Shown here: piece after piece, positions 48,523 to 58,559 of the stretch
Position numbering within the stretch: the first letter of the stretch is position 1
Layout: every line of letters starts with the position of its first letter
Origin: Polyangiaceae bacterium
GTDB lineage: Bacteria > Myxococcota_A > Polyangia > Polyangiales > Polyangiaceae
Assembly: GCA_965222375.1 (NCBI GenBank)
Contig: CBDCTZ010000014.1
Span: 928,001-992,000, forward strand
Direction: 5' to 3'
DNA length: 64,000 bases
Position numbers and translations under genes: made by a program
Notes under the pieces: model-generated
The model's input: the letters and a program-made list of their open reading frames with translations, nothing else
What the model was told of the DNA's origin: nothing
Database searches by the model: none

Positions 48523-49472
48523 AGTGGCGCGCTGCCCTCGCTACCGCTGCTCTGTGCAGCCTGTGCGCTGCTGGCGCGCTCGGTGCGCCGCAATCGTCGC
48601 GGGGAGTCGCACTCGCGCCGTCGGATTTGCAAGCGGCTCAACTGAAACAGCTGCGTCGTGACGTGGCTGCCCACCGTGTCGCGAACCCTGCGGTTTTCGA
48701 GGGTGTTCGCAAAGTGCTCTCCCAGGCTGCGATTCGAGATCGCAAGCGCCGGGGTCGCTTTGCATCTCTGACGCGTGGATTGGATGCCCTTGGGGACGCG
48801 GCTTTGCTTCCGATGCTGGAGCAACTTGCGCTCAAGGGCGTCGGGCGCGGCTCGCTGACACCCACCGCCTGGCTATCCGTGCGCGTGAGTCTGATCGAGT
48901 CCGTGGGGCGGAAGCGCAGCGCGCGAGCGGTCCCGGTCCTGCGACAGATCTTGCAGCGCAACCAGGAGTACTGGGTCGTGCGCGCGGCCGCAGAAGCGTT
49001 GGGCCGAATTGGGACCGACGCCGCCGCCAACCTGCTCGTAGCCGTGGCGACGGCACCCGGGCCGAAGCGGCGCGCGGTGCTCAGCGCCATCGGGGACTGC
49101 CGCCGCACTGTGGTGGTACATACTCTCACCAAGCTGCTCCGTGGCCCCCTGGACTACGAAGATCGCCGCCTGGCCTTGGCTGCGCTGGGGGATGTTGGCA
49201 ACGCCTGGGCGTGGCAGACCCCACACGTGAAGCGCGGCGAGGCAGCTGTGGTGCGGAGTGGTGCGGCCCAAGAGTTGGTGTTGGCGTACGTGCGGCACCA
49301 TGGCGACTCGGTTCTGGCCCTGGAGATCCAGAAGTCCCTGTTGGTGGTGGAAGATCTGTCCACCCCTGGACTGATCGAAGCTGCCAAGCAGGGGGCTGAC
49401 AAGCGGCTTGCCCGGCGCTTGGACGCGCTGAAGCGGAAGTTCCAGCGCTTCGTGGCGCGCAAGCGACGCTAG
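48519..49472 (+). CDS. Secreted HEAT-repeat protein
   Basis: Signal peptide, VRAAAEALGRIG; ATGA overlap with the PAD stop. Confidence 0.75.
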   Translation: MKWRAALATAALCSLCAAGALGAPQSSRGVALAPSDLQAAQLKQLRRDVAAHRVANPAVFEGVRKVLSQAAIRDRKRRGRFASLTRGLDALGDAALLPMLEQLALKGVGRGSLTPTAWLSVRVSLIESVGRKRSARAVPVLRQILQRNQEYWVVRAAAEALGRIGTDAAANLLVAVATAPGPKRRAVLSAIGDCRRTVVVHTLTKLLRGPLDYEDRRLALAALGDVGNAWAWQTPHVKRGEAAVVRSGAAQELVLAYVRHHGDSVLALEIQKSLLVVEDLSTPGLIEAAKQGADKRLARRLDALKRKFQRFVARKRR

Positions 49473-49577
49473 GGGGGCCGCGCGTTTCGTTTTGGGCGCG
49501 GGTGTGGGGCTCCGCGCCCCCTGGGCATTGCTCGCTTCCCGTGAATCCGCCTACCGTGTCGCCAGGAGGAGCGTAGC

Positions 49578-50447
49578 GTGACCTATCAAAGTATCGAGTA
49601 CCGGGTGCAGGGGAGGGTCGCTGTGATCACCCTGAATCGTCCGGATCGCCTGAACGCAATCGATCACCACATGCCCCGGGAAATCCGACGGGCCGTGGAA
49701 CGCGCGAGCCGGGACGACAGCGTGCACGTGATTGTGCTGACGGGCGCAGGGCGCGCCTTCTGCGCTGGCTACGACCTGGTCGACTATGCGGAGACCGGTG
49801 GCGAAAACCCCGGGGTGCAGAGCATGCCCTGGGACCCGACGGTGGACTTCCGCTTCATGTATCAAAACACGCTGGACTTTCAGACGCTTTGGCGAAGTCA
49901 CAAGCCGACTATCGCGAAGGTGCGTGGCTACGCCGTTGCAGGCGGCAGCGACATCGCCTTGTCGTGCGACTTGGTCGTGATGGCCGACGACGCCAAGATC
50001 GGGTACCCCCCCGCGCGCGTGTGGGGTTGCCCCACGACGGCCATGTGGGTCTTTCGCATTGGGGCTGAGCGCGCCAAGCGCATGCTGCTCACGGGAGATC
50101 TGGTGGATGGCCCGGAAGCCAAGGCCATGGGGTTGGTCGCAGACTCGGTTCCGGACGGCGATTTGGATCGCCATGTGGACGCTCTGGCTCAGCGAATGGC
50201 CGCTGTGCCGAAGAACCAACTCCTGATGCAGAAACTCGTCATCAATCAAGCCTACGAGAACATGGGCCTGGCCACGACCCAGGTTCTAGCCACCCTTTGT
50301 GACGGAATTGCTCGGCACACGCCCGAGGGCCTGTGGTTCAAGCAACGAGCGGAAGCGGTGGGGTTCAAGCAGGCGGTTCAGGAACGAGATGGGGGTGAGC
50401 CCATCGCCCCGCATGCAGAGAAACGTGTGCGGTTGGCAGACCACTGA
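49578..50447 (+). CDS. Enoyl-CoA hydratase/isomerase family protein
   Basis: LNRPDRLNA, FCAGYDL, AVAGG. Confidence 0.92.
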   Translation: MTYQSIEYRVQGRVAVITLNRPDRLNAIDHHMPREIRRAVERASRDDSVHVIVLTGAGRAFCAGYDLVDYAETGGENPGVQSMPWDPTVDFRFMYQNTLDFQTLWRSHKPTIAKVRGYAVAGGSDIALSCDLVVMADDAKIGYPPARVWGCPTTAMWVFRIGAERAKRMLLTGDLVDGPEAKAMGLVADSVPDGDLDRHVDALAQRMAAVPKNQLLMQKLVINQAYENMGLATTQVLATLCDGIARHTPEGLWFKQRAEAVGFKQAVQERDGGEPIAPHAEKRVRLADH

Positions 50448-50519
50448 GCTTCACATGACCAAAGGCGAACGTGTTCTCTTGTCGGAAAGCGCGTTTGCGA
50501 CCCGCGGGAAGCTGGAGCC

Positions 50520-52180
50520 TCAGCCGCCGCAGACCGCTGCGTAGTTCGAGCAGCAGTCGCCTGCCGTCTTGCAGTAGTCGTCGCAGTAGCACTTCGGGTT
50601 GCTGTTCGGTGCTGCACTGCTCTTGCCGCAGTGGTCTACTGTGCAGACGTTGCTCGAGCTGCCGGCGTCGGCCGCCGCGTCGGGAGTGCCCGCGTCTTGG
50701 CCACCGCTGCCAGTGCAGGCCGGTGCGTAGTCGCTGCAACAATCGCCGTACTTCGTGCACTGGTCATCGCACCAGCAGCTCTTGTCGTCAGACTGTGCTC
50801 CGCACTTGTTCACGCAGCTGTTCGGGCCGCCGCTCGTCCCACCTGCATCCGAAGAACCGCCTTCGGCACCGGCGTCCAGCGGGGGGGGCGTGGGTGGTGC
50901 GCAACTGCTGGGGTTGTTCGCGCCGTTGAGCAACTTGGAGACCTTGGAATAGGCAATGTCCGAAACCATGAAGTAACGAAGCTTGATGCGCTGGAACTTC
51001 GTTGCCTTGTCGTTGAAGACGTAGTTGTCCGCGCCAATCAGCTTCGCGGCGTCCTCTTGGGACAAAGCTTCGCTTTCCAAGATGTCGTATTTGACGAGTG
51101 GGAAGTTCCACACTTCCCAGTCCCAGTTGTGGTCGATCACAAAGGGGATCTTGCCAAACTGCTTGGTCTTCAAATGGTCCGCGCTGCGGTTCAAGAGCCC
51201 GACGACACCGATGTGGAAGGAGCCAGGGTTCAGGTCGCGGCATTCGACTTCCTTGGGGCGGCCCCACTCGTCGCGCTCGCTCTTGTCCGGGTCCTTGTTG
51301 CAGCGGCGCCCACTGAAGGTGGCCTTGTCGCTGAAGTACAGCTCGGTCATCAAGGCCTCGATGTCGCCCATGCGGAACTTGACGCAGCCACTCGTGTCGC
51401 CCAGGGCCTCGCAATCGATGATCTTGCCCTCAGCGTCGACCTTCACCGTGATGTCACGGGTGGGGAAGCCGCCTTCTTCCGTCGTGGCGTAGGACGCCCA
51501 GCCGTTGCAGTGACCCCACCAGGAGTCGGGGCGAGCGTGGTCTTGGTAGGTGCCGTGGTTCTCGAGCTCCCATTTGGTGGCGGGGCCAGCCACCGTCACG
51601 GCTTCGTGCTCGTGCTTGTCGCCGCGCTCGGACTCCTCCTTGAGCAGCTCTTTATAGTTCCAGTGTTTGATGGCGCCGACTCGCTTGAGCTGACCCGGGT
51701 TGAAGACAACGTCGTACTTCTCGATCGGTGACTGGTTGTCCACGTCACTGATGTCATTGAAGTCCTTGCTGCCCATGGTCCAGCGTTTGGCGATGCCGTC
51801 GTTGGCCTGAGACCACCAGTTGGATGCAAAGACTTTCCAGTCTGCTTCGCCGCTTATCAGGGCGCTGTCGAACTGCTTGTCGTCGCCTTTGCCCAGCTCC
51901 GGGTGTAGCCGAGCGGGGTCGTTGGCGTTGTCGTATTGCTCGAACTTGCCACCGCGGTCTTCACGACCTTGATGACTTCGTGGGCGCCACCGGTGATGAA
52001 ACGTCCGTTAGCCTTGTCGACCCCGAAGACGTAGCGATACACGCCGTCCTCTTGCAGCGTGAAGTTGTCGCCCGGGCCGCTCGGCCCGGGTTTTCCACTG
52101 TCGTCGGAAGAGCTGCATGCCGCCGCGAGGGCGATTAGGGTGATGGGTGTGACGAAGGAAGCAAGACGTCGGGTCCTCAT
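50520..52180 (-). pseudogene. Frameshifted transglutaminase-elicitor-like lipoprotein with two somatomedin-B-like domains
   Basis: The lipobox ORF 52180-51857 shifts into the frame ending at 50520. WWGHCNGW, DLNPGSFH, EVWNFP; CWCDDQC..GDCCSDY and CYCDDYC..GDCCSNY. Confidence 0.75.
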
Positions 52181-52226
52181 GGGGTTGCGCTTTACGCGAA
52201 TATCAGCCCAATAAGGGACACATTCG

Positions 52227-52256
52227 CCTACAATGTAGGTAGTTTCACTACCTACA
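52227..52256. promoter_or_regulatory. Nested palindromes in a divergent promoter region
   Basis: CCTACA-A-TGTAGG and TGTAGGTAGT-TTC-ACTACCTACA. Confidence 0.5.
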
Positions 52257-52342
52257 AGGCTGAGCCTAGCGCAAGTGTCTGAAATTAAGGAACAAACGGT
52301 CTGGGCTCACAACCGCCAAGACGCCACTGATCTCGAGTTCTC

Positions 52343-52948
52343 ATGATCAACCCCAGCACCAGGTCCCGTTTCGACCGCCGCGCCGCTGACTACCGCCGGC
52401 GCATGGGATGGGGCCCCTTGGGGCAGCTGCGGCGGCGGGAGCGGGCGCTGATTCGATCGCTGCTGGATGTGGAGCGCGGCGAGACGGTTCTCGACGCTGG
52501 CTGCGGCGCTGGTTTCGATGCGGCGTGGCTTCAGGAAGCTGGTGCCGTCGTGTTGGGAGTTGACGCATCGCCAGAAATGGTCCGTGCCGCGCAAGCAGCA
52601 GGTATCGACGCGCGCGTGGGCGACATTTGCAACCTCGCGTTCGAGCGAAGCTTTGACAAGGCCATTTGCCTTGGAGCATTGGAATTCTGCGCCCGGCCCG
52701 ATCGCGCTTTGCAGAGCATCTCCCGACATCTTCTTCCCGGCGCCCCGCTCGTCGTGCTCTACCCCTGTCGTAGCCTGTGGGGCCGAAGTTACGCCGCCTA
52801 TCATCGTGCTCAGGGCGTGCCTGTTCGTCTATGCGCTGATGGGAGCATGGAGCGACTGGTGCGCAGCGCGGGGTTCGTTGTCGATGTCGACGTGCGTACT
52901 ACTCCAATTTCCCGGGTGCTCGCGGCTCACCTTTGCGAGGGAACGTGA
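52343..52948 (+). CDS. Class I SAM-dependent methyltransferase
   Basis: VLDAGCGAG, GVDAS, FD. Confidence 0.9.
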   Translation: MINPSTRSRFDRRAADYRRRMGWGPLGQLRRRERALIRSLLDVERGETVLDAGCGAGFDAAWLQEAGAVVLGVDASPEMVRAAQAAGIDARVGDICNLAFERSFDKAICLGALEFCARPDRALQSISRHLLPGAPLVVLYPCRSLWGRSYAAYHRAQGVPVRLCADGSMERLVRSAGFVVDVDVRTTPISRVLAAHLCEGT

Positions 52949-53766
52949 CCGGCGTCGTCGTGTTCAATGCCGACGATCTCGGCATGAGCCCCGAGATTGA
53001 CCGCGGCGTTGTCAGAGCAGCTCGTGCGGGGCTCGTGAAGGAAGTGAGCGTCTGCGTCAACGCATCTCCAACGCGAGATTCGATCGACGAGTTGCTCTCT
53101 CTGGGAACAGGTATCGGGCTACACTTTTGTGTGACCGAGGGGCGAGCACTATTTGGCGCTCAGCCTGGAATCACGGATGAGGCCGGCAACTTTCTCGGAT
53201 TGCCGCGGCTTTTGCTTGGCGCGCTTTCTGGGGGGCTCTCCCCGCGCAGCATAGAACGAGAATTGACGGCTCAATTGGACGCCCTGCAGGACCTCGGGGT
53301 TACGCCGACCCACATCAACGGCCATCACCATGCCCATGCGTTTCCTGGCATCCGCGCAGTCGTGCTGCGGGAGACCAAGCGGAGAGCTTGTCCGCATGTA
53401 CGGGTGCCTCTGGAAGCTGCTCCTCCTTGGCGGGGTGGGCCGCGCGGGATCCTACTCCGACGCCTAGGTCGGGAGATGGCGCGACGCGCTCGAAGGGCGG
53501 GCTTGCCGGTTCGGCCTGTCGTGGGCTTGGAGCTGACAGGTAGTCCCAAGTACGTGCCGCAGGCCCTCGCCCTTGCTGCGGGTCTGTGCGGGGACGTTGT
53601 GGAGTGGGTCGTGCACCCCCGGGAAGGCCTTACCGTGCGGACCGCCGCTACCGTTGGAGCGCGACATGCAGGCCCCGAGGAACTGCGCGCTCTCGAGAGC
53701 GCTGAATTGCGCGCCGCCCTCGAGCGCCGCGGCTACCGGCCATGCGGCTACTTGGATATCTTGTAG
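52945..53766 (+). CDS. ChbG/HpnK (YdjC) family deacetylase
   Basis: NADDLG, IGLH, HINGHHHAH, VHP. Confidence 0.9.
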   Translation: MTGVVVFNADDLGMSPEIDRGVVRAARAGLVKEVSVCVNASPTRDSIDELLSLGTGIGLHFCVTEGRALFGAQPGITDEAGNFLGLPRLLLGALSGGLSPRSIERELTAQLDALQDLGVTPTHINGHHHAHAFPGIRAVVLRETKRRACPHVRVPLEAAPPWRGGPRGILLRRLGREMARRARRAGLPVRPVVGLELTGSPKYVPQALALAAGLCGDVVEWVVHPREGLTVRTAATVGARHAGPEELRALESAELRAALERRGYRPCGYLDIL

Positions 53767-54584
53767 GCCGGACTCGGGCCTGGCACCCTGTTATCGGGGT
53801 CGCCGGTTGAGCCCTTTACTGCGGCGACGCCTGGTGGGTTGTCGTAGTCGCCGCGACGACCGCGGGTGCGAAGGGCCAACAGGTCTTTCAGCATGTGTGC
53901 GCCATCCCTAGTCAACTGCAGAGTACTCGGCTCCTTGCAGTAGATGAATGAGACGGGAACTTCTTCGATCCGAAGGCCGGTGCGCTGCGCGACATACAGC
54001 AGCTCCACATCAAAAGAAAACCGGTTCATCTTCAGATGTGGCAACAATTGAACGACTGCCTGTCGTCGGAACCCCTTGAGTCCGGCCTGGGTATCAGAAA
54101 TACCTTGCACGAGCACGCGCTGGACTAGCGAGTTGAAAACCCGGCCCATGTGGTGGCGCGTGTAAACGTGACGGAAGAACGCCGGAGCCATCACATACCG
54201 GCTATCTGGGTGCACGCGGCTGGCGATTGCGAGATCCGCACCGCGGCGCAGAGCGTTCTCCACGTTGGCGAAGTTGTTACAGGGGTAGGTGAGGTCGGCG
54301 TCGACGAAGATCCGCCATTCCCCACGCGCCGCGAGCAGACCACGTCGCACCGAGTAACCCTTCCCGCGGTTGATCTCGTTGGTGAGAGTACGAAAAGGGA
54401 CTTTCGTATTGCTTCGCTGGAAAGCCTCCCGCGCGACGCTGGCCGTGCCGTCTGTGCTGCCATCGTCCACGAGCACCAACTCGCCGCCTCCCCGTGCTTC
54501 CAGATAAGCGAGCAGGGAGCGAACGTTGTCGCCGATGAAACGCGCGCCGTTCAAAACGGGCACGACGACAGACAGTGTAGGCAT
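53748..54584 (-). CDS. GT2 polyprenyl-phosphate glycosyltransferase
   Basis: VDDGSTD, NRGKG, DADL, DTQAGLK, FSFDVE. Confidence 0.9.
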   Translation of the reverse strand: MPTLSVVVPVLNGARFIGDNVRSLLAYLEARGGGELVLVDDGSTDGTASVAREAFQRSNTKVPFRTLTNEINRGKGYSVRRGLLAARGEWRIFVDADLTYPCNNFANVENALRRGADLAIASRVHPDSRYVMAPAFFRHVYTRHHMGRVFNSLVQRVLVQGISDTQAGLKGFRRQAVVQLLPHLKMNRFSFDVELLYVAQRTGLRIEEVPVSFIYCKEPSTLQLTRDGAHMLKDLLALRTRGRRGDYDNPPGVAAVKGSTGDPDNRVPGPSPAYKISK

Positions 54585-54629
54585 CTCTTCGAGCGTGCCG
54601 ATACCACCGCGTCATGTCAACGCGCCGTC

Positions 54630-55703
54630 TCAGTACTCAGTCACGTCGATACTGAGCTCCACATGTCGGGTGGGGCGGTTCTGAGCCTTTGGCATCAGCT
54701 GGTCCAACTTTTGATCCAGAGTTTCCTGATCGAAGCGCAGTGATTTGCCGGCCCAAGGCGTGAGGCAGAACGAGAGCTCGACCCCGAGGTCATCCGCCAG
54801 AGCGTAGGCTTCTAGCATCTCGGTGTCGCCGTCGTTCCATTCGAAGAGGATGTACTTCCACTCGATCTTGATGGACTCCTTGCCGAGCCGCCTACGGGTT
54901 TCCACTGCGTCACGCATGAACTGGGCGACGCGCGTGAAGCTTCCGTCACGACGGTACTTTGCGTAGGACTCGTTCCGGGCTCCATCCGCCGAGATCCTCA
55001 GGTGGGAGAGTCCACCCTCGAACAGCGCGGGATCGAAGCGGAAGTTGCCGTTCGTCGTCGCCATGATGGTCGTTTTTGGAAACACGACATTGAATACGCG
55101 ACAGAGGTGCGCGAGGTGCGGATGCATTAGCGGGTCTCCGCGCCCCTCGAAGTGCAACACATCTACGTGTTCGACGCCGTGCATGCGCAAGTTGTGGATC
55201 AACGCAACCCAAGTATCTCGTTCCACGTGGTAGGGAGGCGTCTTGATTCGCTTGCGCTCCGCCTTGGGGATGCACAACGGGCAGTCCAAGTTGCAGAGCC
55301 AAGAAGACTCGACGTGCAGAACGCCGACTTTGCTGCGTGTGGGTGATGGATTGGGTTTCGCGTCGTACTCGACCATCGCGCAGCGAAAACACAGGTCCTC
55401 GTAAGGGAACTTGCGTTCAACGTGGAACGCCTGTCGAATCGCTTGGATCTTTTCGTGGTTTATCAGATCGTAGGCCGGGTCCATCAGCTTGTCCGCACTG
55501 ATGACGTCCAAGATGAGGTCTTCACCCACGTCACACCAACACGGAAGCTCGCCGTTGGCTTTGACGTACAGCCCGTCGCACATGATGCAGGATGTGCCCG
55601 TCGGCAGCGGCGACTGCGAGGCATGATCACCTTCGCCACCGTCGAGGTTGGGCGGTCGATATGCTTCGCTGATGACTGGGAGGCGGGTCGGCTCGTCGCT
55701 CAC
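54630..55703 (-). CDS. Radical SAM protein with an N-terminal twitch/SPASM-like module
   Basis: CNLDCPLC, GDP, TTNG, ISADG; N-terminal C..C.GLYVKANGELPCWC...C..C. Confidence 0.85.
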   Translation of the reverse strand: MSDEPTRLPVISEAYRPPNLDGGEGDHASQSPLPTGTSCIMCDGLYVKANGELPCWCDVGEDLILDVISADKLMDPAYDLINHEKIQAIRQAFHVERKFPYEDLCFRCAMVEYDAKPNPSPTRSKVGVLHVESSWLCNLDCPLCIPKAERKRIKTPPYHVERDTWVALIHNLRMHGVEHVDVLHFEGRGDPLMHPHLAHLCRVFNVVFPKTTIMATTNGNFRFDPALFEGGLSHLRISADGARNESYAKYRRDGSFTRVAQFMRDAVETRRRLGKESIKIEWKYILFEWNDGDTEMLEAYALADDLGVELSFCLTPWAGKSLRFDQETLDQKLDQLMPKAQNRPTRHVELSIDVTEY

Positions 55704-55745
55704 TGCGCTTCAAGCATGGGGGGGATGGCGACACAGCTCAAGGGG

Positions 55746-57686
55746 CTACTGCGCACCCTCGCCACTTGGCAGATACTCCCGCGGCACCTGGGAGGAATAC
55801 GCCCACTTGGGCGCGCGCGCATAGCCCCAACCCACCAAAACGGCCAGTGCGAAGCAGCCCGCCATCAGCGTCAGACGTTGGCTGAGGCGCTTGAATCGCG
55901 CGCCGAATAGGCCAACAAGAAGTGCAAGCAGACAGCCCACGAGCGAGACCACGATCGCCCAAGGAAAGAGAACCGGACGATACTCGACTTCGACGCGGTG
56001 TCGCCCAGGGGGCAACTCAACCGCGATCCGACCTCGATCCACCGTCAGCTTCCCTGTGTCAGCGCGCCAGCCCGGGGAAAAAGTCTGGTTGAAAACTGCC
56101 CGCCCGGGTCGTGGCAGCGTGACAACGGCCCAAAGTCTGCGGGTCGAACTTCCCCATGACTCGACCCGGCCACCCGACGTAGCGCGAACCTGCGCCGTTT
56201 GCCCGACCCAGATTCCCGGGGCCGGGCGATATGCCATGCCGGTGTAGCAGTACCCGGTTCCGACGTTGGCAGATGGGAATTGCGGAGGAGCGGGGTGCTG
56301 CGTGGGCGATTCGTAGGCTTTGGGCACCACGCGAATGTAGAAGCGCTCTGAGCGCTTCGAACTGTCCACCGCGGCGGGGGGATCTCTCCACATGCCGTCC
56401 AGCACGGAGCGGTGGTGCTTGACCAACGACGTTCCGATCCAGAGTAGGCACAGCCACGGGCCCGCGTGGCGTACCCAAGCAAAGGGTGTCGTTGGGCTGG
56501 CCCAACGTCCAGTGCGTCGAGTTGCCGGTGCTCTCCATGCGTCGAGGGCGCTGCCGAGCAGAAGCGAAAAGTAGAGCAGGAATATCACCACGAAGCGCGT
56601 CGGCACCCGCAGCGAATTGAATACCGGCAACTGATGCAGCAGCGTCCACGGCGACAACAGGCCTGCATGGCCCAGAGTTAGCGCGAGAAAGACGAGACCG
56701 CCGATGAGTAGTCGCCCATGGATGCCCTTGACGGTAGCGCGGAGCACTCCGACTAGACCCAAAACCAGAGCGGGCCATCCAATGAAGCTGCCGTACTCAC
56801 TCCAAACCCACGGATGCCCACCGAAGCGCGTACCTGGACTATCTACGTCGTCACGGGTCAGCATTTGCACCAGCTCACCCAGGTGCACACTGTCCGTGCC
56901 ACCGACGTTACGTGGGTAGTACGCAAGGTGTTCGACGATGGGCAACAGGCGCAGAGCGCACAAGGTAAGCGTTAACAATACGGTGATGGATCCGGCGACA
57001 AACACGTCCGGGCGAGTTTCTTTGCCCTTAGTGGGGCGGACGAACTGCAGCGTCGCCTCCACTGCCAACAGCAATACGAAGAATGGAAACGCATACGCAC
57101 CCCCCGCGAACACGACTGCGCTGAGTACGGCGGCAAGTAGGGGAGCATAGCGGATGTTCTCGACTGAGAGACGCCACAATAGGAGCACCCATGGTGCCAA
57201 GTAGAACGCGATGAAGTTGCCGTGACCCGTGCCGCAATGCCATGCGAAGAACCCGGAGCCCACCCAGGTCGTGGCTGCAGCTACGGAGCCAAACCAAAGC
57301 AGACCTTGGCGGCGTGCCAAGACGTACATGCCGAAGCATCCCAAGAGAGCGTGTACGCAGAGGAAGACTTTGAGCGCCAGGGTGGTGCCCAGTGGACCCG
57401 ACAAGGCGAACAGCGGGTGGTAGAATTGTGCTTGTGGGTCCGCCCAGAAAGGGATCCCGCCGCATTGAAACGGGTTCCACAAAGGTACTCTGCCCTCGCG
57501 GTACCAGGCGACACTCGCAGCCTCCCACGAGTGGTGAAAGAACTGATAGTCGCCAAAACCAGTGGCGTGTGCGTCCTCGAATAACTCTGCCCAGCTGACG
57601 GCAACCAGTGCGCTGAAGAAGACGAAGAGGTTCAGCTTGGGCAGCCACTTGGGCCAAGCGTTTGAAGCATTCGCCGGGCTCTTCAT
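55746..57686 (-). CDS. GT-C (YfhO-like) membrane glycosyltransferase
   Basis: PLWNPFQCGGIPF, many TM helices, SLRVPTRF, FSPGWRA. Confidence 0.8.
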   Translation of the reverse strand: MKSPANASNAWPKWLPKLNLFVFFSALVAVSWAELFEDAHATGFGDYQFFHHSWEAASVAWYREGRVPLWNPFQCGGIPFWADPQAQFYHPLFALSGPLGTTLALKVFLCVHALLGCFGMYVLARRQGLLWFGSVAAATTWVGSGFFAWHCGTGHGNFIAFYLAPWVLLLWRLSVENIRYAPLLAAVLSAVVFAGGAYAFPFFVLLLAVEATLQFVRPTKGKETRPDVFVAGSITVLLTLTLCALRLLPIVEHLAYYPRNVGGTDSVHLGELVQMLTRDDVDSPGTRFGGHPWVWSEYGSFIGWPALVLGLVGVLRATVKGIHGRLLIGGLVFLALTLGHAGLLSPWTLLHQLPVFNSLRVPTRFVVIFLLYFSLLLGSALDAWRAPATRRTGRWASPTTPFAWVRHAGPWLCLLWIGTSLVKHHRSVLDGMWRDPPAAVDSSKRSERFYIRVVPKAYESPTQHPAPPQFPSANVGTGYCYTGMAYRPAPGIWVGQTAQVRATSGGRVESWGSSTRRLWAVVTLPRPGRAVFNQTFSPGWRADTGKLTVDRGRIAVELPPGRHRVEVEYRPVLFPWAIVVSLVGCLLALLVGLFGARFKRLSQRLTLMAGCFALAVLVGWGYARAPKWAYSSQVPREYLPSGEGAQ

Positions 57687-57701
57687 CGTGGCTCGGTGCG
57701 C

Positions 57702-58559
57702 CTAGCGTGCGCGTGCAATCGCGAACAGATCACCAGCGTCGACGTAGAGCATCTTCTTCCCGAAAGGTCCATTGCCGACGTCCACGTGCAGCAGACGGCG
57801 AGACAACTCTCGCAGTGAGAAATAATGCCCCAAGCTGGTTAGGGACACTACTTCATATCCGGCTCGCTCCAGTATCAGGCGCAGCGAAACGGCGTCGAAA
57901 TAGTGAAGGTGCTCGGGAGGGGTCAGGTGAGGCCAACGCTGGCGCATGACGCGAGCTGCAAAGGATCGGAAATTGGGAGTGTGGACTACGACCAATCCGC
58001 CAGGCTCTAGCGCTCGCTGGGCTTTGAGCAGTGCATCTCGAGGCGAAAGAAGGTGCTCGAGGACGTCGAGAAAGGCCACCACGGACAGAGATCCTTCCTG
58101 CAGGGGCACCTCCTCAAAGAGCGCATTCTCCAATTCAAGACCCTCGTCGCGCGCCACCGCCGCCATCGGGCCGCAGGGCTCGATACCCGAGACCACCCAA
58201 CCCGCCTCCCTCGCCTCTTTCAGGAAGAAGCCGGCGGCGGCGCCGACATCAAACCAACGCCCCGGCGGGGCTTTGTGGCGGCTAACTCGAGCAACGACTC
58301 GACGAGCCAAACGCTGATAGCTTTCGGCGTGACCCAAGTAGTCGAGGTAGAAGTCGCCACCTGCGAAGTACTTCGGATCCTCATACAGTCGGCGCAGCGA
58401 GGCCAGGCTTGGCCTGGGCAGTGCGGTACCCAAGCCGCAGCGCTCACATCGGACGATCGAGTGGCCGGATGCCGGGTAGCAGAATTGGAACCGGCGAGCT
58501 CCGCAGGCCGCACAAGCGTAGCGGGTGACTGGATGAAAAGCCGAACTCCTAGCGTTCAT
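57702..58559 (-). CDS. SAM-dependent methyltransferase with an N-terminal Zn-finger
   Basis: CAAC..CERC, DVGAAAG, DVLEHL, PPEHLHYF. Confidence 0.9.
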   Translation of the reverse strand: MNARSSAFHPVTRYACAACGARRFQFCYPASGHSIVRCERCGLGTALPRPSLASLRRLYEDPKYFAGGDFYLDYLGHAESYQRLARRVVARVSRHKAPPGRWFDVGAAAGFFLKEAREAGWVVSGIEPCGPMAAVARDEGLELENALFEEVPLQEGSLSVVAFLDVLEHLLSPRDALLKAQRALEPGGLVVVHTPNFRSFAARVMRQRWPHLTPPEHLHYFDAVSLRLILERAGYEVVSLTSLGHYFSLRELSRRLLHVDVGNGPFGKKMLYVDAGDLFAIARAR

